Source: Eledone cirrhosa
Taxonomy: Eukaryota
Reading direction: 5' to 3'
Length of the DNA stretch: 64,000 nt
Assembly (NCBI GenBank): GCA_964016885.1
Contig: OZ024758.1
Location: 8,308,001-8,372,000, forward strand
Below, in pieces: positions 13,348-24,548 of the stretch (positions are counted from its first letter, which is position 1; every line of letters starts with the position of its first letter). Below the pieces are notes generated by a model. It made no database searches. It saw only the letters and a list, made by a program, of their open reading frames with translations, and had not been told where the DNA came from. Both the position numbers and the translations under genes were made by a program.

Positions 13348-13897
13348 CGTACGTACATACATATGCATACATATATATATATATACACACACATGCACAC
13401 GCACACACACACACACACACATGTATATATATATATATATACATACATACACACACATGTATATATATATATATATATATATATACATACATATATGTAT
13501 ATACACATACATACATATGTATACATATATATATATATACACATACATATGTATATATATGTATATACATAATGATTATATAATGATCAAATCAAATTGT
13601 TCTTCTAGTTAAAATTTCTGGACAAACAGGATATCATAACTTTTCTTTTGAAGTTTTATTATAGAATTATAAAGACATGAGTTTACAACATTTTCAAGCA
13701 CAGAAATGGTTTCCAAATATCACAGTAAGAAAAGAATGGATAGCCAGTCAGGTAACAAATGATTTCTCTGATTCTATTTAGATTCTGTAACAATATAACT
13801 TATGGGATTCTTTATTTAAACTTATCATTTGTGTAACATTAAAATAGACAAGTTTTCCACTCACCCATCAAGAAGACTACTCGAAAAAAGTTGTTTA

Positions 13898-16800
13898 ATA
13901 ATTGTTTCTACATTTGGCACAAGGCCAGTAATTACCCAGTACATTACTGGTACTTTATTTTATCGACCCCGTAAGGATGAAAGGCAAAGTTAACCTCGAC
14001 GGGATTTGAACTCAGACTGTAAAGGGACGTAACTATGCTGGAAAGCATGGCGTCCAACCCTCTACCGATACTGCCAAAATAATTGTTTCTACTTTAGGCA
14101 CAAGGCCAGCAATTACCCAGTGTATTACTGGTACTTTATTTTATCGACCCCGTAAGGATGAAAGGCAAAGTCAACCTCGGAATAATGAATACGATAATGG
14201 TATCACCTTTTGTTTTAAAAAAAGGAATCAATGTAACGTTTTACTAAATACTGTATCTTAGATGGGGATGGAGAAAGATCAGTTTTTTTAGAGTTTGAGA
14301 AATATGTTATGTTGTTATGGTTTTTTGAAAATATGTAAACATTATAAGTAAAAGGAATTTGCTCCAACTGGGTTTTAAAATCATGTTCTAAGATTTGGTT
14401 TGCTAAGTTAACTTCTACTCAGTGGTGCTCAGTGTTATAATAATTGTTTCTACGTTAGGCACAAGGCCAGCAATTACCCAGTGTATTACTGGTACTTTAT
14501 TTTATCGACCCCGTAAGGATGAAAGGCAAAGTTAACCTCGGCGGGATTTGAACTCAGAATGGCAAGGGCCATAACTCTATGCGTCGAAACATGGCGTCCG
14601 ACACTCTACCGATACTGCCAGTCCACCGCCCTTATAATAATGATGTCTGACTTAAGCAGAAACCTAGCAATTTAGGGGGCAGGAGAAGTTGATTAAATTG
14701 ACCCCAGTGCATTACTGGTACTTTATTTTATTGACTCCCACAGGATGAAAGGCAAAGCTAACCTCGACGGGATTCAAATAATTGTTTCTACTTTTGGCAC
14801 AAGGCCAGCAATTATCCCAGTACATTACTGGTACTTTATTTTATCAACCCCGTAAGGACGAAAGGCAAAGTTAACCTCGGCAGGATTTTAACTCGGGCCG
14901 TAAAAGGCCGTAAAGGGCCGTAACTCTTTGCTGCAAAGCATGGCGTCCGACCCTCTACTGATACTGCCAATCCACCAGGTCTGATGAGAACCAAAGGCTT
15001 CAGATTTACAGGGAAGAGAAATGTATGTGTGTGTTAGTGAGTGAGTATGTGTGGTTGAGTATGTGAGAGTGAGTGAGTGTGTGGTTGAGTATGTGTAAGT
15101 ATGTGTGAGTGAGTATGCGTGAATGTGTGGGTGAGTATGTGTGTGTGTATGTGTGAGATATTTATGTTTTTCTCAATGGAACTATTGATGTAATTCAAGT
15201 AAAATAACTCCAGCTGGGACTGAAAACAGGCTGTAGATTAGAAACTGTTTACCTTATACTTTAAGGGACTTGTTCCAAAGATGTAACGATGATAACAATG
15301 ATGATGATCATCTCTGTCATTGGCCCTTTACCAGAAAGTTTGGGGAGGGACCAGACACTTTTTTTGCAGTTAGTCTTTTGTTCTGCTTTTTGCCACAATA
15401 ATAATAATAACGCTAATAATAATAATTGTTTCTACTTTAGGCACAAGGCCAGCAATGGGGGGGGGGGGGGGGGGGAATGTCGATTAAATCGACCCCAGTG
15501 CATTACTGGTGCTTTATTTATCAACCCCGCAAGGATTAAAGGCAAAGCTAACCTCGGCAGGAATTGAACTCAGAATGTAAAGGGTCGTAACTCTATGCCG
15601 CAACAATAATAATGATAACAGCAACAAAAAAAAATAATAACAACAACATTAATGGTAATATTAATTGTTTCTACTCTAGGCACAAGGCCAGCAATTACCC
15701 AGTGCATTACTGGTACTTTATTTTATCGACCCCGTAAGGATGAAAGGCAAAGTTAACCTCGGTGGGATTTGAACTCAGACCATAAAGGGCCGTAACTGTG
15801 CTAGAAAGCATGGCGTCCGACTCTCTACCGATACTGACAATCCACCTAATAATGATGATGATTTCTAAGATAGACACGGGGCCACAAATTCTAAGGAGTT
15901 GTAACCAATTCAATTTGACCCAATATGTTGGAGATGTTATTTCCTTCATCCTGGAAGAATGAAAAGTAAAATTGATCAAAATCTGGAAAATATTGGTTTA
16001 CAAGTAACAAACATTGAAAAATATAATTTATTTCTTTTTAGTTCATTGAATTTAAATTTAAAAGAAAAACTAATGATTTATTTAATTTAGTAAAGTGAAT
16101 GTAATGAAGTAGATAATGTAGGAAAAAAAAATAATCACTGATGAATATAACATGTTATATTAACATAACAATGTTAACAGATTAATGACAAACATACTAA
16201 TATTTAATTCCAAACAATTTTCATCTCTTAAGGGGGCTCTACCTCCTCGATAATTTAATTTCCCCTCAAAGCCCACCACACCCTGCCAAATATTTCATAG
16301 CTGTTCAAATTCTTAACAATCTCATAAGATGATTGGTTTTTTTTTTGTCTCACTTTATCTTTCACTTGTAAGACATACATTGATGAGTTCTGTCTCACTT
16401 TATCTTTCACTTGTAAGACATACATTGATGAGTTCACAAATCAATGTTGAAAAAAATATAATAAAAATTGTTTCTACTTTTGGCACAAGGCCAGTAATTA
16501 CCCAGTGCATTACTGGTACTTTATTTTATCGACCCCGTAAGGATGAAAGGCAAAGTCAACCTCGGCGGGATTTGAACTCAGATCGTAAAGAGACGTAACT
16601 ATGCTAGAAAGCATGGCGTCCGACCCTCTACCGATACTGCCAAACCACCGCCCAGGGGGAAAATAAATAATGATAATGGTTTCTTATTTAGGCACAAGGC
16701 CAACAATTCTCGGGGGAGAGGGGGAAGTCGATTAAATCAACCCCAGTGTATTACTGGTACTTTATTTTATCGACCCCCGTAACGATGAAAGACAAAGCTA

Positions 16801-17593
16801 ACATCAACGGGATTTGAACTCAGAATGTAAAAGGACGTAACTCGATGCCAGGCAGCATGTTGTCTGATGCTCTACCAATACTGCCAATTCACCACCCTCA
16901 TAATATTAATAACAATATTTGTTTCTGGCACAAGGCCAAGAATTTTGGGGGAGAGGGGAGAAAGTCGATTAAATCGACCCCAGTACATTACTGGTACTTT
17001 ATTTTATCGACCCCCGTAACGATGAAAGACAAAGCTAACATCAACGGGATTTGAACTCAGGATTACAGCTCTTTACGTTCTATGCCGCTAAGCAAGTTGT
17101 TCGATGCTCTACCGATTCTGCCAATCCACCACCCTAATATTAATAACAATAATAAAATCTAATTTTTTCACAGTGGCACAAATTTGAGGAAGGGAGGTGC
17201 AGTTGATTTAATCAACCCTTAATATATAACTGGTAATTTATTTTATGTACCACCCAGCCCACCCTTACTCATGGAAGATTCAGTCAACTCTGACAGGATT
17301 TAAACTAAGAATGTAAAAGAGATGCAACAGATTATGGCCAATGTTCTATAGATTTGCTATCCAATGATAATAATAATGATGATTTCTGCAATAGGCACAA
17401 GGCCAGCAATTTTGGAGGGAGGGGAAGTCGATTAAATTGACCCAGTACATTACTGGTACTTTATTTTATCAACCCCGTAAGGATGAAAGGCAAAGTTAAC
17501 CTCGGCGGGATTTGAACTCAGAATGTAAAGAGAAGCAACTCTATGCCACAAAGCATGTTGTCCGACGCTCTACCAATTCTGCCAATCCACCGC
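13898..17593 (-). mobile_element. Cluster of about 12 copies of tRNA-derived SINE family A, all in the same orientation
   Basis: Minus-strand consensus GGCGGTGGATTGGCAGTATCGG (A box)...GAGTTCAAATCC (B box)...GCCTTTCATCCTTACGGGGTCGATAAAATAAAGTACCAG...GTAGAAACAATTA. Copies begin near 13898, 14078, 14439, 14640, 14778, 15420, 15662, 16465, 16674, 16920, 17160 and 17380. Confidence 0.9.
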
Positions 17594-18036
17594 TGGTAAG
17601 TTTCAGTAAGCCAGTACAACGCAATACAAATATATAAAGGGCGAAGAATGACAAATAAAACAAAGTTATGTTTTGTTTTATTTGTCATCCTGTGCCCTTT
17701 ATATATTTCTAGCACATTGTACTGGCTTTCTGAAACTCCTCAGTCTTTTATTACATATCTCACAATGCTTTATAATAACTATAATATTAATAATAATAAT
17801 AATAATGATAGAAAGATGTGGAGGGAAAGTAAATAGAAAAAAGATTGTGTAGAATTTAAAAATGTCAACAACATTGTCAATAACAACAACATCAACAGAA
17901 TAAAGTGCTGCAAATTAGAACAGAGACGCAAAAGAGTTTTTAAAAAAATTATAGAGGTAATTATTTTTGGAAAAAAGTTTTCAAATGCATTTTGGTTGCT
18001 AAGTTAATAGAATTATGATAAATATAGTAGAAAGAC

Positions 18037-18246
18037 TTAAAATGTATCTGTTACAATTGGCATCTGCTTATGATGTCCCATCAAGTAAGTGCTGATGGCA
18101 TAGAAATGGAAAGTGGCACCAACAAATACAAAACAATGCCAAATGGCATGAGCAAATGGTATGATTCCATCACACTTGAAAAATACAACACCGGTAGCAT
18201 ATGTTATTCCACCAAGGGTCAGTTCGTACAAACCAGAAGTCTCTTT
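18037..18246 (-). CDS. MMD: MMD/MMD2 terminal coding exon: KETSGLYELTLGGITYATGVVFFKCDGIIPFAHAIWHCFV...TDTF*
   Basis: CATTTCAG acceptor. GVVFFKxDGIIPFAHAIWH is the diagnostic MMD/PAQR HxxxH motif. TAA stop at 18039-18037. Confidence 0.95.
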   Translation of the reverse strand, partial: KETSGLYELTLGGITYATGVVFFKCDGIIPFAHAIWHCFVFVGATFHFYAISTYLMGHHKQMPIVTDTF

Positions 18247-18917
18247 CTGAAATGAGAAAATGAGTGAGTAAGAGATAGAGAGAAGAGAGAAATACAGTAA
18301 AACTTCAGTTCATGAACATAAAAATGTCTCGCTTCATAAACAGTGTCCCAAGTAAAGAACATACAAGCCAGCAACAAGCTTGCAGTACTGGCGGGGAAAG
18401 CATCACTTGCTGTGTAGTTAGTTACTGTGGTGATATCTATGTCTTTCACACACAGTCTCTCTTTCACTGTATTTCTCTCTCAACATTTTGTTGAAAGAGA
18501 AATACAGTTTGCAAACATTTCAGGTGATGAATGGCCTCCAGGAATGAATTAAGTGTGTGAACTGAGGTTCCACTGAACTTCAGTTCTTAAGAAAATAAGG
18601 AAAATAAGTATTTCCATATGTCCTCATACACAAAAAAACTAGAATACACAGCAACCCCACCCCATCAATTTTACATATCAAAGTTAGCTTGGTACAAGTA
18701 ATTGGAATTGAAAAGTTATGCAGGTATTAAATTAAAACATTCTAACCATCCTTAAAGTAGAAATCCCAGCTGAAGGCACAAATAAATTGCTACAGCCATC
18801 TCTGGTTGGGGGCCCCCACTGCAGGGGACCTGGGGCAATTGCCCCCTTTACCCCCATTAAATCCGTCCCTGGAAGAGAGCAAAGAGATATAAAGAGGATC
18901 AAATAGATTATACATAC

Positions 18918-18987
18918 CATGGCTAAAACAGTTATAGAAGGACCAACTCCGATAATTAAATATAGTATTGTCTCCAGCCATTTATAT
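18918..18987 (-). CDS. MMD: MMD/MMD2 exon: YKWLETILYLIIGVGPSITVLAM
   Basis: TTTCAG acceptor and GTATGT donor, 70 nt, phase-compatible. Confidence 0.92.
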
Positions 18988-19787
18988 CTGAAATGGAATT
19001 ATTCAACCATATGAGAGAAAAATGTAGAATTTGATTTTATTTTTATGGTTTTACATGTTTATTCATGCAAGCATTCTTTTATTATTTTACTGGTTTCAGT
19101 CATTGGATTGCTGCCATTACACAACTCCCAGTACTAACTTCAGACATCAACAACAACAACAATTTTACATTAACTTTTCTATGCTGGCATGGGTTGGACA
19201 TGATTTTTTGAGGCAATGTTTTACAGTCGGATCTCCTTCCTGACACCAACCATACTAGTGTTATTTGTTACAGCATACAGGGATATGGTGACCCTAGTCT
19301 AAACCAGTTACACACAGCCCCCTCTCTCATATATATATATATGTGTAAGTATCCTATATCTATTCATTTATTAAGGTTCACTATTTAATCATAATAAATA
19401 GATATTAAAACTACTTTAGTATTAAGTACTCTTTTCTCTCAACCACACATGGATATATCATCATCATCGCTTAACATCCATCTTTCGCGCTAGCATGGGT
19501 TAGACGGGTTTGTCCCATTTAGAGGCAAGTTGGGTCGGGTAATTTTCTACGGCTGGATGCCCTTCCTAACGCCAACCACATTTACAGTATATATATATAG
19601 AGAGGGAGGGGGGGAGTCTTCCGTGCAATATTCATCTATTCACAATGGGGAGGGGCTATAAAAGAAAATACACTAAGATCAAACCGACAATGACATGGCT
19701 GCAAAGCAAGCTTTTTAACCTCCTGACAGTCATGCCTGGGTAGAATGTGTGTTGTTTATATTTTATGTTGGAAGTATTGTTTTTAAG

Positions 19788-19963
19788 CAGACATGGTCCA
19801 ATCCTTGCTACCAGGGAAAGTGGACATTAAACAGACATGGTCCAACCCTTGCTACCAGGGAAAGTGGACATTAAACAGACATGGTCCAACCCTTGCTACC
19901 AGGGAAAGTGGACATTAAACAGACATGGTCCAACTCTTGCTATCAAGGAAAGTGGACATTAAA
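19788..19963 (+). repeat. 44-bp minisatellite, 4 copies, derived from the SINE B 3' end
   Basis: CAGACATGGTCCAACCCTTGCTACCAGGGAAAGTGGACATTAAA at 19788, 19832, 19876 and 19920. Confidence 0.9.
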
Positions 19964-20598
19964 ATCAGGGCAGGATGTGTCAGTTTATATATGATTAAAC
20001 ATTGTAAGCATAGCTACAGGAATAACAAGCTAAGATGAACTTCACTGTCTTAAGATTTATTGCAAGTGGTAGTTAATTCAAGAGGAGATTGATATTGATT
20101 GTAGTTAATTTGACATGTTTACATACTGTGTGGGTATCTGAGAGAAAGAGAGCATTGTTTCAGGTTTATTATGTACAGACTAGTTTGTTTGCAAAAGTCC
20201 TTTCGTCACACATTCTGTGACCACCTCAATGACTGTTTTCTTCTCTGCCTCCCCTTCTTTCTGGTCTTATTTTGTTTACTCCATCTTGTCTCTCTGCAGT
20301 ACAGTTCCCTGTCTATGTGTTAACATCTGCACCTGTACATTTGTCTTTGTACAGACTACATCTGCACCTGTGTATGTGTGTGTCTATGTAGACTGCACCT
20401 GTGTGTGTGTGTCTACACAGACTGCACATCTGTTTATGACTACACCTGTGTGATTGTCTCTGTACAGACTACATCTACATCTGTACATCTGTGTGTCTAC
20501 AGTTATAATATATGTAAAGGACTTCCAGTATAATATACAACCCATTAACACATTTCAAATAAAACAGATCCAAAAGGAAATATGGAATTAAAACTTAC

Positions 20599-20700
20599 TT
20601 TTCATGGAACATATACTGGTAGGATATACCCATCACGGCTAACATCCAAATTAACCACCGTACTTGAACACCCCAGTTTTCCATATCTTTCAATAATAGC
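20599..20700 (-). CDS. MMD: MMD/MMD2 exon: LLLKDMENWGVQVRWLIWMLAVMGISYQYMFHE
   Basis: TATAG acceptor and GTAAGT donor, 102 nt, phases fit both neighbours. RWxIW...HEKYK motif. Confidence 0.93.
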
Positions 20701-20836
20701 CTATAACAATAAATTTATGACAATTAGAAATATAGGATACTTTTTCACAATTTCTTTATTTCACTAAGAGTTTTCTTTATAAACAAAGACTACATAGTCC
20801 AATGTATCATTTTGTTTTTTATTATTTAACCCATTA

Positions 20837-20940
20837 ACCCGAGGTTAACTTTGCCTTTCATCCTTACGAGGTCGATAAAATAAAGTACCAGTAATGTACT
20901 GGGTAATTGCTGGCCTTGTGCCAAAAGTAGAAACAATTAT
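20837..20940 (+). mobile_element. SINE family A, 5'-truncated, about 16-bp TSD
   Basis: ATTATTTAACCCATTA is duplicated on both sides. Confidence 0.85.
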
Positions 20941-21874
20941 TTAACCCATTAGCATTTAAACCAGCCATATCCGGTCAGAACTCTCTCATCGCTTCCTGTT
21001 CAAACTGGCTCTAACCAGCTGCTTATACTTATGTTAAGGTACTGTTCTCAAAGTAAATAATATATAAATCTCATAGATTAGATATTATGTGAGGTAAAGC
21101 TTTTACTGCGAAAGTACAATAGTATATATAGAGTAATGTGAATGCTAAAAGGTTAAGATGGTGGGGTGTGATTTGAGAGCAATTTGGCTGCTATTTCTAC
21201 CAGGTAAAGTGATTGCATAGAGACTGTGATAATAGTAATTAAAAATGTCTCAAGGTAAGTAAATTTTGAGTAGTTGTTTCAAGAATATAAATCAATCTAC
21301 TAAAGTTCAATAAAATAACCAATTTCTAATTCACATTGGCTTTACTAAGTTTCATGTTTCTTAACTTTACTGATTTGATAAACCCGCAATCACGAAAAAA
21401 ATAAATACAAACTCATGGACCCAGAAGAAATAATTCTAGTACTTTAACTTGTAATGGTGTGTTTTGACAAATTTTACATCTCGCAATTCCACAATTCCAT
21501 CTCTCGAGGCTTACACCTACGGCTAGTCAGCTCAGTGCCTATAGTGGTAAGTAGGAAGGTAGCCCTAGGGCCAAGGACACGACCGCAAACCTGTTGGAGA
21601 GCAACCAATACTTGAAGAGTTTGCCTTCCTCAGCCCAAAGTGCAGCAGAACCTGGGTTAACAACCTTAACAAATGCAATAGGCTGAGCAGAAGCACTGTA
21701 TATACTCAAATAAAAACTGAGGAATATGTGACAAAAAAAAAAAAAAAAATTAATGGTAAACTGAGGGGGGGGGGGGGGGGGATTCGGCTCCATATGCCAT
21801 CTAAATAACGTGTTGATTAACTGCCTCGGCTTATAAACAGGGTTTCGATTTTTACCCATTTCTTAGACATAAAA

Positions 21875-22060
21875 TAATTGTTTCTACTTTAGGCACAAGG
21901 CCAGCAATTACCCAGTGCATTACTGGTACTTTATTTTATCGACCCCGTAAGGATGAAAGGCAAAGTCAACCTCGGCGGGATTTGAACTCAGATCGTAAAG
22001 GGCCGTAACTATGCTGGAAAGCATGGCGTCCGACCCTCCACCGATACTGCCAATCCACCA
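21875..22060 (-). mobile_element. SINE family A, full length, 14-bp TSD
   Basis: AGACATAAAATAAT is duplicated on both sides; A and B boxes intact. Confidence 0.9.
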
Positions 22061-22748
22061 GACATAAAATAATGGGGCTCATCTAATAAAGTAAGTTGCT
22101 ATGAAAAACATCACAGTTACAAAATGTAGTGAAAATGAATGAAAGATGATTTGAAAAACAGTAGTGAAACGATATGAAAAGATTGTCTTAATAGGACTGA
22201 AATAAAGTAATGTTTGTATTGAGATTTGTCTCATGACAGCTTTAACAATAACATTTCATTATTGTTTCAGAAAGGTCAACATTTTGGTGAAGTAGGTATT
22301 TATACTGTTAAGTAGCCCTTGTCAGCTGGTGTTGAATTGATTATTTAGAGCAGGCATGTCAAACTGAGCCCCCCCCCGCTGAGGGCCACATGGGTCACAC
22401 GTGTTGTCTGAAGGTCACATGTGACAACTAATAGCGCACATTACAACTAATATTTTTTATTTTATATTACTGTAAAAACCTTTGTGCTGGTCCCAGGTGA
22501 CCTTGTAAAGAGCCACATGCGGTCCATGAACCACATGTTTAACATGCCTGATTAGAGGCAACTCAAATCCAACATCTCACCTAAAGCAATGAAGGAGATA
22601 TAAGTGTGGTGGTTATGGTAATAGTAGTAATATTCATAGTAATAACGAGATTAATAATTAAACTGTTTTGCAGAGTAACTTAGAACAGAAATATAAATAT
22701 TATTGTCAGTGTCATTCAAAGAAATATATAAGAAATAGAAATATTTAC

Positions 22749-22823
22749 CATGGAGTGTAAGAAGCAGCAATGAATATGTAAATAGCAGCCCGGTCTCCAA
22801 TATGAAAGACATTTTTTAGAGTT
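22749..22823 (-). CDS. MMD: MMD/MMD2 exon: TLKNVFHIGDRAAIYIFIAASYTP
   Basis: TTTCCAG acceptor and GTAAAT donor, 75 nt. DRxxIYxFIAASYxPW signature. Confidence 0.94.
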
Positions 22824-23191
22824 CTGGAAATAAGTAATTAAATCTTTTTTTAAAAATGTGATAAGAGAATAAATGATAATTTCTTAATCATGTTTCTTTA
22901 GATTTTATAGGAAATACAGGAATTACAAAACTCAAGATTTTCCTGCTCCAACTGGCAATAGAAATTAAGTTTCAGATTGTGATAAGGGGAAACTGGCTGA
23001 GAGTCAGTACAGAAATAAGAGAGGAATGAGTGTCTGATTAAAGAATAGTTCAGAAAGGTGACCCTTTAGATATTTTATGTTAGGAAAATTTGTTCACGAT
23101 GAGAGGCTTTTATGAACCAAGGTTCTACTATATTAGATTAAGACATTTATTGAGGTAGTAGTCACAAGAATATATGAAAAACATGACTTAC

Positions 23192-23349
23192 TTTAGCTTT
23201 CCTGAGTATGATAGAGCATGGTAGATGGTAGAGGTTGTAAACAAGGAAAACAATGCAAGCCCAAACACACAGGCACTGAGGAACTGATGTTCATTTACAG
23301 ACCAGTACAGTAACCAGAGAAGGCCTCCAAAACTTGGTAAAATCCACAA
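23192..23349 (-). CDS. MMD: MMD/MMD2 exon: LWILPSFGGLLWLLYWSVNEHQFLSACVFGLALFSLFTTSTIYHALSYSGKL
   Basis: TTTTTCAG acceptor and GTAAGT donor, 158 nt. Two TM helices and the PAQR SxxxH motif (STIYH). Confidence 0.93.
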
Positions 23350-23580
23350 CTGAAAAACCAAATTAATAAAAATTCTGATAAAAAAAATATCACTCAAGAG
23401 ATTAAAGTTTAAAAAAAACTATGATCAGGAATTTAACCTTGATGAAGTCATTGTTTTATTCTCACAAAATTGATACTTCACTTTCCTTACTTCTGTTGAC
23501 CTAATAACAGCTACCATTCTTATCTCACAAAGGAGTTACTAGACATTAATGGGATTTAAATGTGATTAAATAAAGTGATG

Positions 23581-23782
23581 TATGAGGGTCGGTTGAAAAG
23601 TTCATAGGCTGTCTATGAAGGAGTGATGCTAGGGCTGTGAAATCTGGCATGCATTAATTTCAACTCTTCTTACTAATAGCTGCATTGTTTCTTTCCAGGG
23701 ACTATGATGAAAAATAAACCTCATTTGGTCATTCCATGAGAGTATCTTGGTCAGCCTATGAACTTTTCAGCTAACCCTCATA
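23581..23782. mobile_element. Mariner-like MITE (other copies at about 3518-3634, 6445-6630, 37296-37496, 46123-46289, 55225-55414 and 56334-56474)
   Basis: TA-flanked, about 30-bp TIRs GAGGGTCGGTTGAAAAGTTCATAGGCTG / CAGCCTATGAACTTTTCAGCTAACCCTC, about 200 bp. Confidence 0.85.
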
Positions 23783-24084
23783 TGTTGGTGTGTCATGATA
23801 ACTAGTAAAGTTTGGCCAGGAGCCTTGTGAAAAATATCTTCTGTGAAGAAAACCTCTGCCCAAAATGTTGCTATATTCTATCAATCTCGAAAGGATGAAA
23901 GGCTAAGTTGATCTCGACTCATGAACTGTGTGTTCCCATAAAGATGATCTTTAGCACTGGCTGGTTTTTTCATAAAGATGATGAGAAATAAATCTCAGAC
24001 AAATCCTAAATCTTATATGACTGAAAAAAATTTTTAAGATTTTTTTTTTTTTTAGAAAGCCATACAAGATATGTTAATACTTAC

Positions 24085-24166
24085 TCCATGTGTAACCATA
24101 TTTGCAAGGTGTTCGACATCTGTGGGGATATATGCTTGACCAGGTCCAGCACGGTTGTTCATTAAG
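24085..24166 (-). CDS. MMD: MMD/MMD2 (PAQR family, haemolysin-III-like) exon: LMNNRAGPGQAYIPTDVEHLANMVTHG
   Basis: TCTCTCCAG acceptor and GTAAGT donor. Matches the MNxRA...PTxxEHxANxxTH N-terminal motif of MMD/PAQR10-11. Confidence 0.93.
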
Positions 24167-24297
24167 CTGGAGAGAGAAGAAAAAGTTTATCAAAATTCAG
24201 CCATAAATCAATTACACAGATATAGGGATTGTGAAATTTAGAGAAACCTGGTAAACTAATGATAAACGGAAAGAAAAACTGTGTTGTTAGTATTAAT

Positions 24298-24548
24298 AAA
24301 ACAGATATTGGCTTTATAAAACAGATATCTAGGGCAGGTAAAATTCCCGAGATCCATGGACAAGTTCTCTCCAGCGGTCTCTGGAGAGAACTCGTCCAAA
24401 CAGATATTGGCTTTATAAAACAGATGTTAGCTTTATAAAATATAGATGTTAGCTTTATAAAACAGATATTGGCTTTATAAAACAGATATTGGCTTTATAA
24501 AACAGATGTTAGCTTCACAAAACAGATATTAGCTTTATAAACCAGATA
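24298..24548. repeat. About 21-bp degenerate tandem repeat interrupted by a GC-rich hairpin
   Basis: AAACAGATATTGGCTTTATAA units on both sides of 24331-24398. Confidence 0.8.
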
